Source: Marsupella aquatica (lineage: Eukaryota > Plantae > Marchantiophyta). Taken from it: 64,000 nt of DNA. The stretch is from contig OZ316896.1 in NCBI GenBank assembly GCA_973895155.1, forward strand, positions 4,068,738 through 4,132,737, in the 5' to 3' direction. This document shows, piece by piece, positions 36,866-49,086 of the stretch. A program made the position numbers and the translations under genes. Positions within the stretch are counted from its first letter, which is position 1. Every line of letters starts with the position of its first letter. A model generated the notes under the pieces. The model did not search any database. It worked only from the letters and a program-made list of their open reading frames with translations, and had not been told where the DNA came from.

Positions 36866-37273
36866 ATTCAGGACGAAAGGCAAGAACAAGGCTCATAATG
36901 AGCCTCCCGTACCGTTTTAGCCGCCCACTGCTCGACTGTTTTTGGGTGTCACACTTTTTCTAAGTGTGATTAGCCGCCCGCTGCCCGACTGTTTTTTGGT
37001 GTCACACTTTTTCGAAGTGTGATTAGAGTGTTGAATGATCCCCACTTTTGGGTGGGGTGAATGACAAAAGCTTCACTAGCCACATTCAAACCTGGGACTT
37101 GCTGTATCCCAAAGGAGCTCCTCTACCAACTAGCCTTGGGGCAGTTGGTGTCCACATTGATTCCCTCTTGATATTTAAGTAGATATTAACGTTAGAAATA
37201 CTGGGCAGTCACGTACGGGGTTAATAAAGGCTAATCGCATTGATTAGCCTCGATCTTGCCTTTCTTTCTTAAT
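36866..37273. mobile_element. Non-autonomous DNA transposon (MITE, 408 bp) with 8-bp TSD, carrying a tRNA-like cassette
   Basis: TSD TCCATATT at 36858-36865 and 37274-37281. Imperfect 28-bp TIRs ATTCAGGACGAAAGGCAAGAACAAGGCT / AGCCTCGATCTTGCCTTTCTTTCTTAAT. Internal ~53-bp tandem duplication at 36918-37024. Confidence 0.75.
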
Positions 37274-40200
37274 TCCATATTTGGCAGAAATGGCCCTCCA
37301 GACATCACTTCTATCCTGACTTCTATTCCCATCTACATTTATTAGAGATATAGAACCTAGATTATCTAGTATTATCTAGGATATACCTAGATAATCCTAG
37401 ATAATCACTTTGAAGAGAATAGAGGCCTAATTCACTAAGGGGTTTTCTTATTTCTAGGCCTCCAAATGATATGCTACATTCTAGTTTTAGAGATCATGAT
37501 CCTTAAACCTCTACATTTAGGGCTCAGAGGTCAAAGAGCCCTTAACCAATGGAGATGCTCCTAGCATGGACAAGTTTGAAGCCTCGAAGGGCAGGCTAGC
37601 TCTAGTTGGGCGAAGGCCAATGTGTTGGAACTCCTTCAGAGGATGAAGTTTTGCTCGAGCAGAGTCCATTGCTAAACCGCCAAATCAAATCACATTTAAA
37701 GGAATTTAACAAGGCAAGCAATACAGTGCTCATCGGCACATGAATTTCATGACCTCAAGACGTCAATCAAAGTGACAGCATCCAACAACGATGGCGTGAG
37801 GGACTGGATTTCTAACAGAAATCCCAACTACAGTAAATTCCAGATCGATGGTCCTCTTTCTTGTGATGGTGACCGGACGTAGACGTAACAAAACACTGTT
37901 ATGGCATCGGAATCTTCCTCGGTCGACATCCGAGTGTGCAACGAGCGAAGGTTCGTCGTCGATGGTAGGCGCTTTACTTGCTCGACGCCGTGAAAGTGAT
38001 TTGGTAACCTGCAGCTGCTTGTATCCTTGCAAAATTTCCATCGATGTCGATCGGAGAGGAGCGGATGAGTTAAATGGTGCACATGCATGTGACCGACAGT
38101 GCTGAGAAGAATATGAGCGGCTGCATTGAAAGTTTGGTGCGACAGGTATTATAAGTTGGGCCGAGGACATTGTGGTGGGGCGTGTGGCGTGGATGAGTGC
38201 AGAAAGGGAGGACTGAGGAGGAATTGCTTCCGCAGTCCGCAGGCCACGTATGGGATTAAGAGGGCGGGATGTAAAGGCCCTTTGCCTTCGGAGGTGGTAC
38301 GTGGAGGAGGAGCTTCCACACTCCAGACTTCATAGCGGATCTACAAGATCAATGATTTCTACAAAATTATGGAGGGGCCAGGGAGAGACTTTTGAAGCCC
38401 GTGAGCCCAAAGTGGCCGTACGTCCTCGTAGTTTCCCGGTTAGAGTGGGTTTATCAGACAATATTTGTGCGTCTCAAGAGTAGCAGCAAAGGCCACTACC
38501 ATGCACTCCATGACTGAGCGCTTGATGCACCCCTAGAATCGCATTTTACGTTGTGGCTGTCCCACAGCTCGAGCCGCAGCTGCAAGGTTTGAGGGCTTTG
38601 CTTAACAACCTTTAAGTCGGCCCCACAGATGGCAAAATCTCGTAGGAAAGTCTCCGTTCCAGATTAAAAAACGATCTAATTCAGAGTGTCGTAGGGTTTG
38701 TAGTCGACAATGATCCCCGGTCTGAGCTATGGCCATTAGGTAAGCTCAAACGAATCGATCCGGAGGTTGACGTTGAAAAGTCTGATTTTTGCAGGGTCTG
38801 ACCAAAGCAAACTTCCGGACGGAGTAGTCTGGTGGATCTCAAAGTCGCTCTGTACACTGGACAGTGGTTCACTTTGTTGGCGCAGACCCAATATTCAACG
38901 CATGGACCCCACACCATTGTACTCACCACACTTCAGCATCTTTTGTGCCAGATGATCTTTAATGATCAGCAACAAGTTAGTGATCTGGACTGTATCACCA
39001 GACCATGCAAAAGGAATCAAAAGGGACTAAGGTCGTTTCATGAGAATGATGTCGTAAGGTGTCCGGATGCACAGAACATTGTCAGTGCACATGCTTGGTA
39101 TACTCCTGGAAAGGCAAGCTGCCAGAGGAGAGCTGCCTGTGTAAGTTCGGAGATGTTGGCCAATGTAGTCACTCTCTCACTGTAGTGATTTTCGCCGTCG
39201 GCTACAAATCTCAACCCGTGGGCTTCGAACGTCTACCGTAAAAGGGCCAATCGATCTATGCAAGTGCTGAAAGCTTCAGTGATTTACTTGTCTCATTGAC
39301 CGCGACCTCATCGCTACATTGGACGTGGAGCAATGCTTGCAGTCTAGAGGGCTCTGGTACACTCGCTTTGGGGATCCTTTTTGATTGTAGTTCTAGTCTA
39401 TTTGATTCTTCGAATTCTCTTACATTGAGCCTTAGCCATGATCTATGGACCTCTTCAGTTCAGTGCTGATCGAGTTTTCCTGAACTGTTGGGTTTGTCAG
39501 TGTTACGCTGCTCTTCTCTGTTGTTCTGTGTTCTGTGTCTGCTTTACCACAATTTTTCCTCCTCGAACGGCTCTAACCTTCTTTGTCTCAGGACCTGAAC
39601 GACATCCACTCTCGTGATTTGTCTTCTTGTGACCGACTTTTGTTCCTGACCTTTGTTTATGCCCCTCCTTTAACGTATCTTAATCATATCTCAGTTGCGC
39701 ACTTTTCTGCACTAGTCCACTCGGCCTAAATTGTCCCCTTGCGTCGAAAAGCTGAATGCATTCTCTGTCTGCAACGTCAAGCCGTCAACACATCAGCAGC
39801 ATGTCGGATGTGAATGTCAGCAACCTTGTCTTGAACGGAATATTGTTCCTTTGGCATTGGACGGAGGGAGACACGGGACTACAATCTATTTGCAGCAGAA
39901 TGATGCCTCGAAACGAACTGCCTCGAAACGAACTGAACGTCCATGAGAGCGAAGGAGGCGACAGGACATTGTTTGAGGCGGTGGTGGCCGATCGCGATCC
40001 CACAATTTCGGTTGGAGAAATGCTCTAGCCACCAACTTCAGTCTCTTGTGACAGATCTTACTCTACCTTAGAGAGAGTGGGGCCAAACACCTGTCAACTT
40101 GCAGCTGCATTTCTGATGAGCTGCACGCCGATGAGGCCGGCATACAATTAGCACCGTCTAGTGGAACCCAATATTGTCACTAACAGAAAACCCATTCAAA

Positions 40201-40792
40201 CCTTAAAGCCGAAAATTCTATACCAACAGACTCTCAACTGGCGGTTTCCATCACCATCAGGAACACGTTCTCAGGAAACGGAGCTCAGCGATTTTAATTA
40301 AACGATAATTATGTGACCGTGTACTTGACTGGTAAATTGCCTCCCAAAATCGAACGGGCTATTACTGTAGTCGTCCTTTCCTGACTGAGGACTTCACAAA
40401 CTCGACTTTTGCAGTTCGACAATTTTTTATCTTTATCTGAGTCCCGATCTGAGTAGACTTGAGTTTCGGCTTTTGCAGTTCGACAGTTTTTTGCAGTCAG
40501 CGGAACTTCAGAACATGATCGACGGGATATCCATAAAGGTACGACTGCAGCACAATAATCGAAAATTTTGGAATCAGATGGACTATAGTTCTCCAGAATC
40601 CTTTATTACAGTCAATGTCATTATTTGCAACCCTGAATGAACAAAAGCACGGCCATGACCGTCCTGGCAGTCAGAGCAGGGTTGCATTGCACGCTGCTGA
40701 AGAATTTATGCGGCCCAGGAACACCTATTTACACTGTGTCCGTTTCTAATAAGAGTAGACAAGTGCTCTTCCAATGAAATACTGCACCGCGT

Positions 40793-40928
40793 AACTTTTG
40801 CACGCTCAGAGGGATGAGTCCTTCCACATTTCTGCTGACTGATTGACATGGACGACAGGACGAGTCTCCGGAACTTTTGCACGCTCAGATGGATGAGTCA
40901 CTCCCCATTTCTGCTGACTGATTGACAG
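40793..40928. repeat. ~80-bp tandem duplication
   Basis: AACTTTTGCACGCTCAGA.GGATGAGTC...CATTTCTGCTGACTGATTGACA occurs twice. Confidence 0.85.
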
Positions 40929-41918
40929 GCACAAGTCTCCGTATTTTGCGTACGACAAGGCAATCGATCTACAACCTGTCATAATTATGCTACACCGTGC
41001 TGGCTAGATTGAAGGTATCGTGAGCAGAGCGTCCAACCATCTACTGTATGTGCCTTGTCAACGAATGTCTAATCTAATGTAGGAAACAAGAAAAATTGTC
41101 ATTTCTTTACAATCTATAAAGTGTGGACTGCCCGAAGTCGAAGACCTCCTCTAACCCCATCGACGACGGTCAATCTAATGTGAGGAACAAGAACCGCTCC
41201 ATTTGTTTACAATCTATAAAGTCTGGTGTCCCCCAAGACGAAGACTTCGTTCAACAGCACAGGAAGTTTCTCAGGGGATCCAGGTAAATGTCAGATGTGA
41301 GATGAGGTGGACCTGATTTAAGGTTGCCACCTAAGAGAGCTCACTATCTCGGAAGCTCATCGAGCGACAGTAGGATAACTTCTACGACCGACCAGCTGAA
41401 CTGGTTCAATCGCGTTGGAGATCGAAGCGAAGGTCGGACGGGAAAATTGACCTCAGCCTCAAAATTAGGAGTATCGTTCGTGTCTTGGAGATGGCCAACT
41501 AATCTGACATTGCATCGAGCATTGCGTGAGCCAACCACCACCCAAGCCTGTTACGTGTAACTGGACCTATGAATCTCAACTCCTGCTTGCAAGCCCAACT
41601 TGATGGTTGAGATGAGACTCAATAGTCCGAATGCTGTACGCCCAAATTGATGCTTGAGATAAGTCTCTCAGTCCCAACACTTTGCACGCCCAAACTGATG
41701 CGAAGATGAGACTGGTCACCTCCTGTAAGCAGCGATTTATTGTTGAAGGAGACGGGAGAAGGGACTCAATGGTGCATAATTGAGCCAAAATCCCCGCTCT
41801 CGTGATCCAATCCATTGTTGGAGATTAGAGTCGAAAGTCCCAACTCTTGTAAAACCAAATAATTTTTGGGGACTGACACTCAATCATGGAGAAAGCCTTG
41901 TAAAATTCAGCTTCGTTT

Positions 41919-43790
41919 TCATCCCACCGCAACACTTCCTTTGAAAGAACAATCTCTATAAGCCCAGGAATCCTCCCGTGAAGAGCATATCTCGTCTCGA
42001 ATGCTCTGCGTAATTGCCGATCGTTTTTCCGCAGGTACTAGCTCTTCGTTGAGGCCAATCAGTGCAGCGAATCCGTGGCCATTTTCTCTGAAGAAGAAAC
42101 TGGCCTGTCTGGACCCAGGCAACGAGTGCACAGGAGCGTCGTTGCTGCTCAACAAATGCAGCTTGCCTGTGACTTTCCTGGTCAGAACAGAGCTCTTCTG
42201 AACCAGATGATTCAAGATAGCTTCGTCATGAAATGGTTGCCTACTCTTTCTCTTTAGAGCCAATGATGCGATCTCCGTCAGAATCGCGCTCGAGAAATGC
42301 CTGATTGGCTTCATGCTTCCCAATATGAACCCACTGCCAAGGGTTGGCCTCTCTTTGTCTTCCTTCTCTAAGAATTTCCATACATCCTTACCGTAAACTT
42401 CTTCAATGAAATGCATTTCAAGAGGTCCAGTTGGAACCTTTGCCTTCTCTGAGACCTGAGGACCCTCCTTTCCTACATTCAAATCAACCTGCACACTAGA
42501 GCCAACCTTCCCATCGGAGACCAGGGTAACACTTACATCCTGATTCTCCAGAGATTTAGATGAGCTGATGTCCATATGCCCCTCGGCGCTCGACTTGCTG
42601 CGTCTTTCCTTCCTGGCCCCGTGTACGTCATCCCAGGATAGGTCCTTCCCGTAAAGATTGATGCCCTGACTGAATGCCTTCTTTCTCGCTGCGGCGAGGA
42701 CATCTCTCAGGATGAAAACCCCACGTACCTCGGTGAGGAGCACAGCGCGGTACCTAGATTTCATCATTCCGAGGAGCATGTGATAGCAGATCCACCTTCG
42801 GAGTTGTGCAGGCGGGTTCTCGATGAAGCCCTTGAGGACCTCATCCTGGTCCAAGTCTTGCATTTCGAATCCCACGATTGATCCCCAGTCCGCCCAATCC
42901 ACGGAGGTCATAATGTCACTAATCTCGTTGGCAGTGTTGTTGTCCCATACCATCTCCCCTCGAGTAGGCTTCCTCTCCTCTCTCGATTTCCAAAAGGCTT
43001 TGGCGTTGAAAGGACTGATGGTAACGTTCGCCGACAGGAAGGAGGGTAGCTGCTGCTGATTTGTTGTTTCCACCACGGAATCATGACCACCTTTTACAGA
43101 CCCTCCAGAACTCTGCTTGGGGACCTTCTTCGTGTGAGGAGGAGCAGTGGCCTGCCTGTCCAAAATGAGCTCTTGAAAACTCCGATCTTCCTCGTCGATA
43201 ACATTCGCAATTTCGCTGGTCAGACTCCACGGGAAGAGGAGCACCACATCAGCTCTGGCAGTGGCCCCACTCCGATGCAAAGTTCGAACAAACATCCTCA
43301 ATTCTTCAGCTGTGGTTTCCTCGGCAAGGTGGGCGATGATCAATTCGTTCATGACTCGGGTGCCAGTTCTGAAGGTGATCCCCATTCCGTGCAGCGCACC
43401 TGCTTTCTGCCTAGCCTCCCAATCAACCTCCAAACTAATACTTCTGCTTTGGAGCACTCGTCCTGTCTGGCGCGCTAGAAGACCTGCCGCCGACGACTCC
43501 ACGGAGGAGGACCCGTGATGTGTGGCATTCCAAACCGTATCAATCATGCAAACGAAGAAGACGAAGACAAAGACAATGAGAAGAAGGGAAGACAGGGTGA
43601 ATGCCGACTGCCGATTATCACGAGAGTAATAATTATCAGTGAACTTCTGTTGCCGTGATGATCCTTTGTCTATTGTTATTCCATGGCCGCCGCTGATTGG
43701 CAGAAGCTCCCATGACATTGGCGCCCGCATTCTTGCAGCGCTCTTGGTAAATCGAGAAATAAGCGCTTGGGTGCAAACGACCGCCCTCAT
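41919..43790 (-). CDS. Conserved land-plant type II membrane protein of unknown function (single coding exon, ~600-620 aa)
   Basis: 1.9-kb ORF; first in-frame ATGs at 43790 and 43730, downstream of a likely 5'-UTR acceptor at 43845. One TM helix (LSSLLLIVFVFVFFVCMI). ALHGMGITFRTGTRVMNELIIAHLAE..EELRMFVRTLHRSGATARADVVLLFP and WGSIVGFE resemble a recalled uncharacterised plant family. Confidence 0.85.
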   Translation of the reverse strand: MRAVVCTQALISRFTKSAARMRAPMSWELLPISGGHGITIDKGSSRQQKFTDNYYSRDNRQSAFTLSSLLLIVFVFVFFVCMIDTVWNATHHGSSSVESSAAGLLARQTGRVLQSRSISLEVDWEARQKAGALHGMGITFRTGTRVMNELIIAHLAEETTAEELRMFVRTLHRSGATARADVVLLFPWSLTSEIANVIDEEDRSFQELILDRQATAPPHTKKVPKQSSGGSVKGGHDSVVETTNQQQLPSFLSANVTISPFNAKAFWKSREERKPTRGEMVWDNNTANEISDIMTSVDWADWGSIVGFEMQDLDQDEVLKGFIENPPAQLRRWICYHMLLGMMKSRYRAVLLTEVRGVFILRDVLAAARKKAFSQGINLYGKDLSWDDVHGARKERRSKSSAEGHMDISSSKSLENQDVSVTLVSDGKVGSSVQVDLNVGKEGPQVSEKAKVPTGPLEMHFIEEVYGKDVWKFLEKEDKERPTLGSGFILGSMKPIRHFSSAILTEIASLALKRKSRQPFHDEAILNHLVQKSSVLTRKVTGKLHLLSSNDAPVHSLPGSRQASFFFRENGHGFAALIGLNEELVPAEKRSAITQSIRDEICSSREDSWAYRDCSFKGSVAVG

Positions 43791-46001
43791 CTCGAGATTA
43801 GAGAACAGCTCCTCAATGCTTCCATCTTTGAGCTGTCTGCCAATCTGCAACAAAAGCAAAATCTTCGTTTAGTGACATAATTATTACATGTCACATGACA
43901 AGTGGAAATCTACAGGGACATGAGACACGAGATCGACCACCAACGCCAGTGAGTGGAGATGACCACCCTCAGAAGACGTAAGACCAACGCAAGACCCAAT
44001 GGGAATGATATCTAGATAAACACATGGCACCCGACATACATCCTAATGTTCGAGAAATTTGTCTACTCCGTGAAATCAATGTCTCCACGCTGTCGTTTGC
44101 ATTTAGAAGAGCTTGTCTAAAGATGAATCCACAGTAGAAGACTAACCACGTTAAAAGATTCCGTCTACAGTGAGCAAGTTATGCCCACCAATTAGTCCAC
44201 ACTGAAAGATCAACAACATATCCAAACAGACGAATGCAAGGCCGGCTCCAATGTCATAATCGGACAAACAGAAGAACACGGAGCACTTAGCTAATCGTTT
44301 GATTATCCAAACGAGAGGACGACAGAAATAGACCGAAACCAAGTGAGACCCACTTCTCCTTCACAACTGCATCCAGGCTATGTACAAGACGTACACTTTC
44401 TCGAGATACACTTCGCGACCCATTCATGTATTTGGACTACGTCGCATCCCACCTAAGGAGTACAATTCACTGATACCCAATTTAACATCAAGAGAATTTG
44501 TCACCTGGTAGAATCTCGCGTCGGTCAGTCGGTCACGCACTTCTCCTACATTGACTGGTTCTGGCCGATCAGAGCGAAACCTTGGATTTGATTCGCCGAA
44601 CCGTCCTCGATCCGACAAGGATGGCATTCGACGAGTTCCTCGTGGATGGGAGGGACCAGCACGAGGCCCACCATACAGAATAGTCGTTCCGCTTTTACAC
44701 CCTCAGTGACAGCCGCGTCCCCTCCAAAGATGTGGTAACGAGCGAGCTTCCAGCTCGAGCACTTTTTTTTTGAGTTTCTACTAGCAAGCACGAGGACTTT
44801 CCGCACAATGTAGGCACAAAGCGAGGTGCGAACAGAGACTTCGTCGCATATCACGAAATTATCGCTCAAGAAACCCCTTCACACATCATATCCGTCCAAC
44901 AGCAACGGCTACGACGCGGCCCATTACTCCGAATTATGAACCTTCTCGCAAAAATTTCGCAACAATCAATTCATCCCTCGTCCTCCCCCTTCCGCTCCAG
45001 CCCTGCCCTTCCTCGTCTGTTGCGAACAAAATAAATCCCGCATCGTCGCAAAACCAGCGTTCCGAGCTAACAACAACATGAACTCTGGTACCGTATCCAC
45101 AGCGTCAAGATACTCATTCCTCGTTACGGTCCCGACCAGAATGCGTTGCGAAAAGGATCTCCGCTGCAGACCAGAGCAACCGCAGCAGCAAACGCTGCCA
45201 AATGGCTGCGGCCCAGCGATCCTCGGAGCATGAAGATCGAAGCACACACCTCTCAACTGACTGACAGCCACATCCGCGAACTCAGTAACGCTCGGCGAAA
45301 TGCTGAAACGTCCCTCGAATTCCTCGAATTCCTTGGCGATCCGACCCCGACCCCGACCCCGCCTGGCTGCTCTCCGCGAGCGCCCTCGACGCGGAAGGAA
45401 GGAAGCGAATGGGCTCGGCGATGGTAGCTGACCTCGAAGACCTCCTCGACCTGAAGACGAATTTTGCCTCTGTCCCAAAAACACGAGCAGAGCCAACAAA
45501 CGTGAGCAGGGGGTTATGAGTCGTGAGCCTGACGAAGGGGGCCATTCCAATCATGCAGCCGGTACACAACAGTACTGGCGCCGGCGAGCGACGCAGTGGA
45601 CGCGGTCCACACGGGGCTCACTGGACTACTCGCAAAGGCGCAAAGCGGCAAAGGAGTCCCGGCTCCATCTAGGGCCGCGCCTACTGCTGCCGGTCCACGC
45701 GGGGTTACTACTTACTACGGCCGACTGCCGGTCACATCTAAGGACAGGCGTATACGGGGGACGGTCCACGCGGGGTTCCTGCTGGTACCCGATCACATCT
45801 AGGAACGCCCCTATCACCCTATGGGACTGTGGGAGCGGTCCATATACGGTTACGCCTGTTGCCGGTCACACCTAGGGCTGCCCCTATGGTTTGGTAGCCG
45901 CCTTGTATCTAGTAGTAGTAATTCAGGCAATGAGTAAGTACACGCATGCAAAGGTCACTTGTTAACCCGGGCTTGTTAAGTTGTTAGGGGCAGAATCATT
46001 A

Positions 46002-46243
46002 GGGGCGTCTCAAAGCTTCGAATTTGATGGTTAAACCTTACTTTAGTGGTCAGGGTATTGGACATAAAAAGTTATGACTATCAAATTCATAGTCTATAAT
46101 TTTCTGTCATAACTATGGTCATATGCCATGCACCAACCATAAGTCAGTGAAAAAGAACTTTTACATAACCCTGTGGAAAAGTTATGATCATTTGTTTATG
46201 GCTGTAAATTATCTTCCATAACTTTGAAGCTTTGAGACACCCT
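46002..46243. mobile_element. PIF/Harbinger (Tourist)-like MITE
   Basis: TIRs GGGGCGTCTCAAAGCTTCGAA / TTTGAAGCTTTGAGACACCCT. TTA lies on the left flank and one base beyond the right end; AT-rich interior. Confidence 0.65.
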
Positions 46244-46713
46244 ATTAGGAGCCATTGTGCAAAGAGGCAAAAATGAGATAAGATTAGGTACATGTTATAT
46301 GGGTAAATGCACTTACATATCAAGAGAGATATTTAAAGTCAAACTTTGGTGTACAAAACTTTTTGGGAAAGTGAAAGTTGTATATGAGTGAAGGTGTAAA
46401 AGGTGTCAAAGCTTGGGGGGGTTGCATGGTTCAAGAGTTGGGTGCATGGGAGCATCATTTTGGTTTCCACAATTATTATATTGGTCCTTGTGAAATCTAG
46501 AAAAAAAACTTTGGTCCTGGTGTAAACATTGATATTTTCCGTGTATAATTTGGCTTTAAAATGAAGAGTAACATTCTTGCCTTGAGATGTTTCCTAATAT
46601 GAAAATAGTTCACGTTTACACAGGTCCTGTGTGAACCAGGATAGCATTACAGTAGGTGCTGGAAAAAGAGTTGCAGTGGCTACCACCCTATGGAACCGAG
46701 TAGTCAGAGAGCG

Positions 46714-46800
46714 TGGACTCTCTCGTCCTTCGGTCACCCTAGAGACGGAGAGGGGAGCATGGACTCTCTCGTCCTTCTGTCACCCTAGAGACGGAGAGGG
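46714..46800. repeat. ~46-bp tandem duplication
   Basis: TGGACTCTCTCGTCCTTC.GTCACCCTAGAGACGGAGAGGGG occurs twice. Confidence 0.85.
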
Positions 46801-47935
46801 GTGCTCCAGTCATTTTATTTCTGACTATATTTTGTTCAATATTAACCTCAAATGAGAGCTCGCACGAAGCACAAGAAAATAATGAGTGTTCTTTCAATTC
46901 ACCAATTATTATCTGGCTGCTAGTCACCAAAGACGTGCTCCTTAAAGCTAGGGAAATCTGATGATTACGATACATGTGTGAGAAATTTAAGGGTCTGAAC
47001 TACCTCCAAAGGGAACGGGAGGAGTGTGGGCGTGTGGCATTACCTCCTTCTAGGATTATTAAATGGGTTAGTTTCCAACTGTACCTTGTGTGTAAACAAG
47101 CGATTGTCTGAAGACAATCGCTTCTAATAAGGCTTTGTAGCATCCCCTACTGGGGAGGCTATCTACTGTAGTCAAATGGATTGAGTAAATATAACTCACC
47201 CAAACTGAAGGCAATGGTTCCATTGGGGTGAAACGTATCTGCGCATGAATGCAAACGCAACAACAAAAACTTTACATTAGGCTTTCTAGACTGATGATCA
47301 CACTATATTCATTTCTCAGAGCATGGGCGTTTGCGCTTGTAGTTTCTCCTTGCAAATAAATGGCCATCCATATAAAAATATTTTCAGCCCTATGCACAAG
47401 ACAAGAAATTACCTGTGACGAGAGTTGCAGTTTCTCATTTGAGAGGAAAACCATAGTTTTCATCAGATTTGTAATCAATGGCCCATATATAGCTTGATTG
47501 ATGGCAACTACATTTTTCGCTGTATGTAAAATCTATTGAAATGGAAACAAATTTAGCCAGCTAGTGGGAGTGCTGGTCATGCACCAAAGGCTGACTACAG
47601 GGAGTATTACACTTGAATATGGATCAGGCAAATCACTAGCTGGGCAAGCTTTTGCTGAAGTGCACTACTGCTAGACAACCTTGGGCCCGCTGTAATGTCA
47701 TCTAGAGCAAGTGATGGAAGTAGATCATCAATCTCGTGCATAGTGGTTCTTGTGCTCAACCAGGCCATGAATGAGTGCTGATCTGGCTCAGTACTCAACA
47801 TGAAAGACAAGTGGGTTGTCCTGTAACAGGAGTTACAACTTTGACAAGCTAGGGATCAGAGTTGGCTTATGTATAAACTACCCCAAACATATGTGCATAT
47901 GCAGAGGAAGGATCCTGTATCAAGATTCTCATGCC

Positions 47936-49086
47936 TGTTGCCATCTTCCAATTTGAGACTGTTCATGTTATTCTGGGTGCATCACTTCCACTTAATTGTG
48001 GTATTCCTCTTAAGAGCTGGAACATTGTGCAAGGGATTACTATCTGGCAGATATGGAAAGCTCGCTGTACCTTGGAGAAGGAAGCACTTATACTCTCTGT
48101 CTTGTGTATCCAAAGCAACATCTGGTCAGAGATCCGTTTATGTTTACGGATTATTTGGCAAAACAGATGGAATAACCATAAAGAGAACTCATTGGAGATT
48201 GTTGGCAGGAGTTGGTTGGAAAGTTGAAAAGAGACTTGGGTATTGATGGAGGCCTTTATAAGTTGATAGATGAATACTTCATTGATGATTGTTGGTTACT
48301 GTCCGCTATGGGCCTTTGATCCTCCTTGAAATCTTTTTTGTACCATTCTCTTGGATTCACTTGTCATTTTGCTGTGATCCAGGGCTGAATAGTTTAGATT
48401 CTTTTGGTTTTTCTGTGGCAATTAGTTCATCCCTGAGTTGGATTTCCCTGGTTTAAAGATGCTCAGATCCTTGTTATTGGCTGGATCTCTTCTTGCTCTC
48501 CAGTCTGAGTTGGCCCTCATGTTTGCTTTAGCTGCTTAGCTGGTTCCTCTGATTGAGTCACTCAGGCTCCTTCCCTGTTAGTTTAATCTTGTTCCTGTTA
48601 GGTATTTACTCAAGGTCTAGGGTTACGACATGTAACCATAGCTAGGCTAACCATAGTCGGAGACGTGGTTAGGTTAACTAGGATGCACACTATATGCCAA
48701 ACGGTGTTTGTTTGGATAAGTGGAACTTAGGCACATTGTTATGGAGCCACTTTGAGAGATGAGGAGAGCTTACACTGTGGAGACTTGGTATGGCCGACGG
48801 GCTTAGAGTTCAGTAAAGCTCTCTTGTGTGTTCCCGTGGACGTAGCCTCGAGGAGGTGAACCACGTATCTCTTGTGTCGACTACATGTGCGTTGGATGTG
48901 TCATGTGCTTACCGTTACGAGTGTCGTCTATGCTCAACAGTTCCCTCTTGGCCAAATGTGTTTGGCCTTGGTGTAGATTTTGACCTTTGTTCCCCTTTTG
49001 GTTGCGGCCTGTGACTCCCTGATTTTATTGGGTTTTACTTTTTGTACAAGTAAACTGCTACTTTCAAGAATAAAATAAAATAAAAG
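47936..49086 (+). mobile_element. 5'-truncated L1-like LINE (ORF2 C-terminus, 3' UTR, A-rich tail) interrupted by a solo LTR
   Basis: WNIVQGITIWQIWKARC motif typical of plant L1 ORF2 downstream of the zf-RVT. (TAAAA)n tail at ~49069-49085. Direct repeat TTCTCATGCC at 47926-47935 and 49087-49096 as TSD. Confidence 0.75.
48596..48939 (+). mobile_element. Copia solo LTR (344 bp) with perfect 5-bp TSD
   Basis: GTTCC|TGTTAG...TCAACA|GTTCC; no PBS or PPT adjacent; closest to the LTR at 1173-1593. Confidence 0.95.

Noticed and set aside
37760-40030. Faint F-box/kelch-like (RVVGFVVD) and LRR-like (VNVSNLVLNGIL) fragments; similar LRR-like duplication at 30290-30580
   Set aside because: Single short motifs among many stops; insufficient to call.
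43791-43859. ORF-track N-terminal extension from a TTG start
   Set aside because: It spans a pyrimidine-rich TGCAG splice acceptor, so it is probably intron or 5' UTR.
44966-45875. ORFs of up to 194 aa upstream of the membrane-protein gene
   Set aside because: GC-rich leader/promoter sequence with ORFs in several frames and no protein-like motifs.
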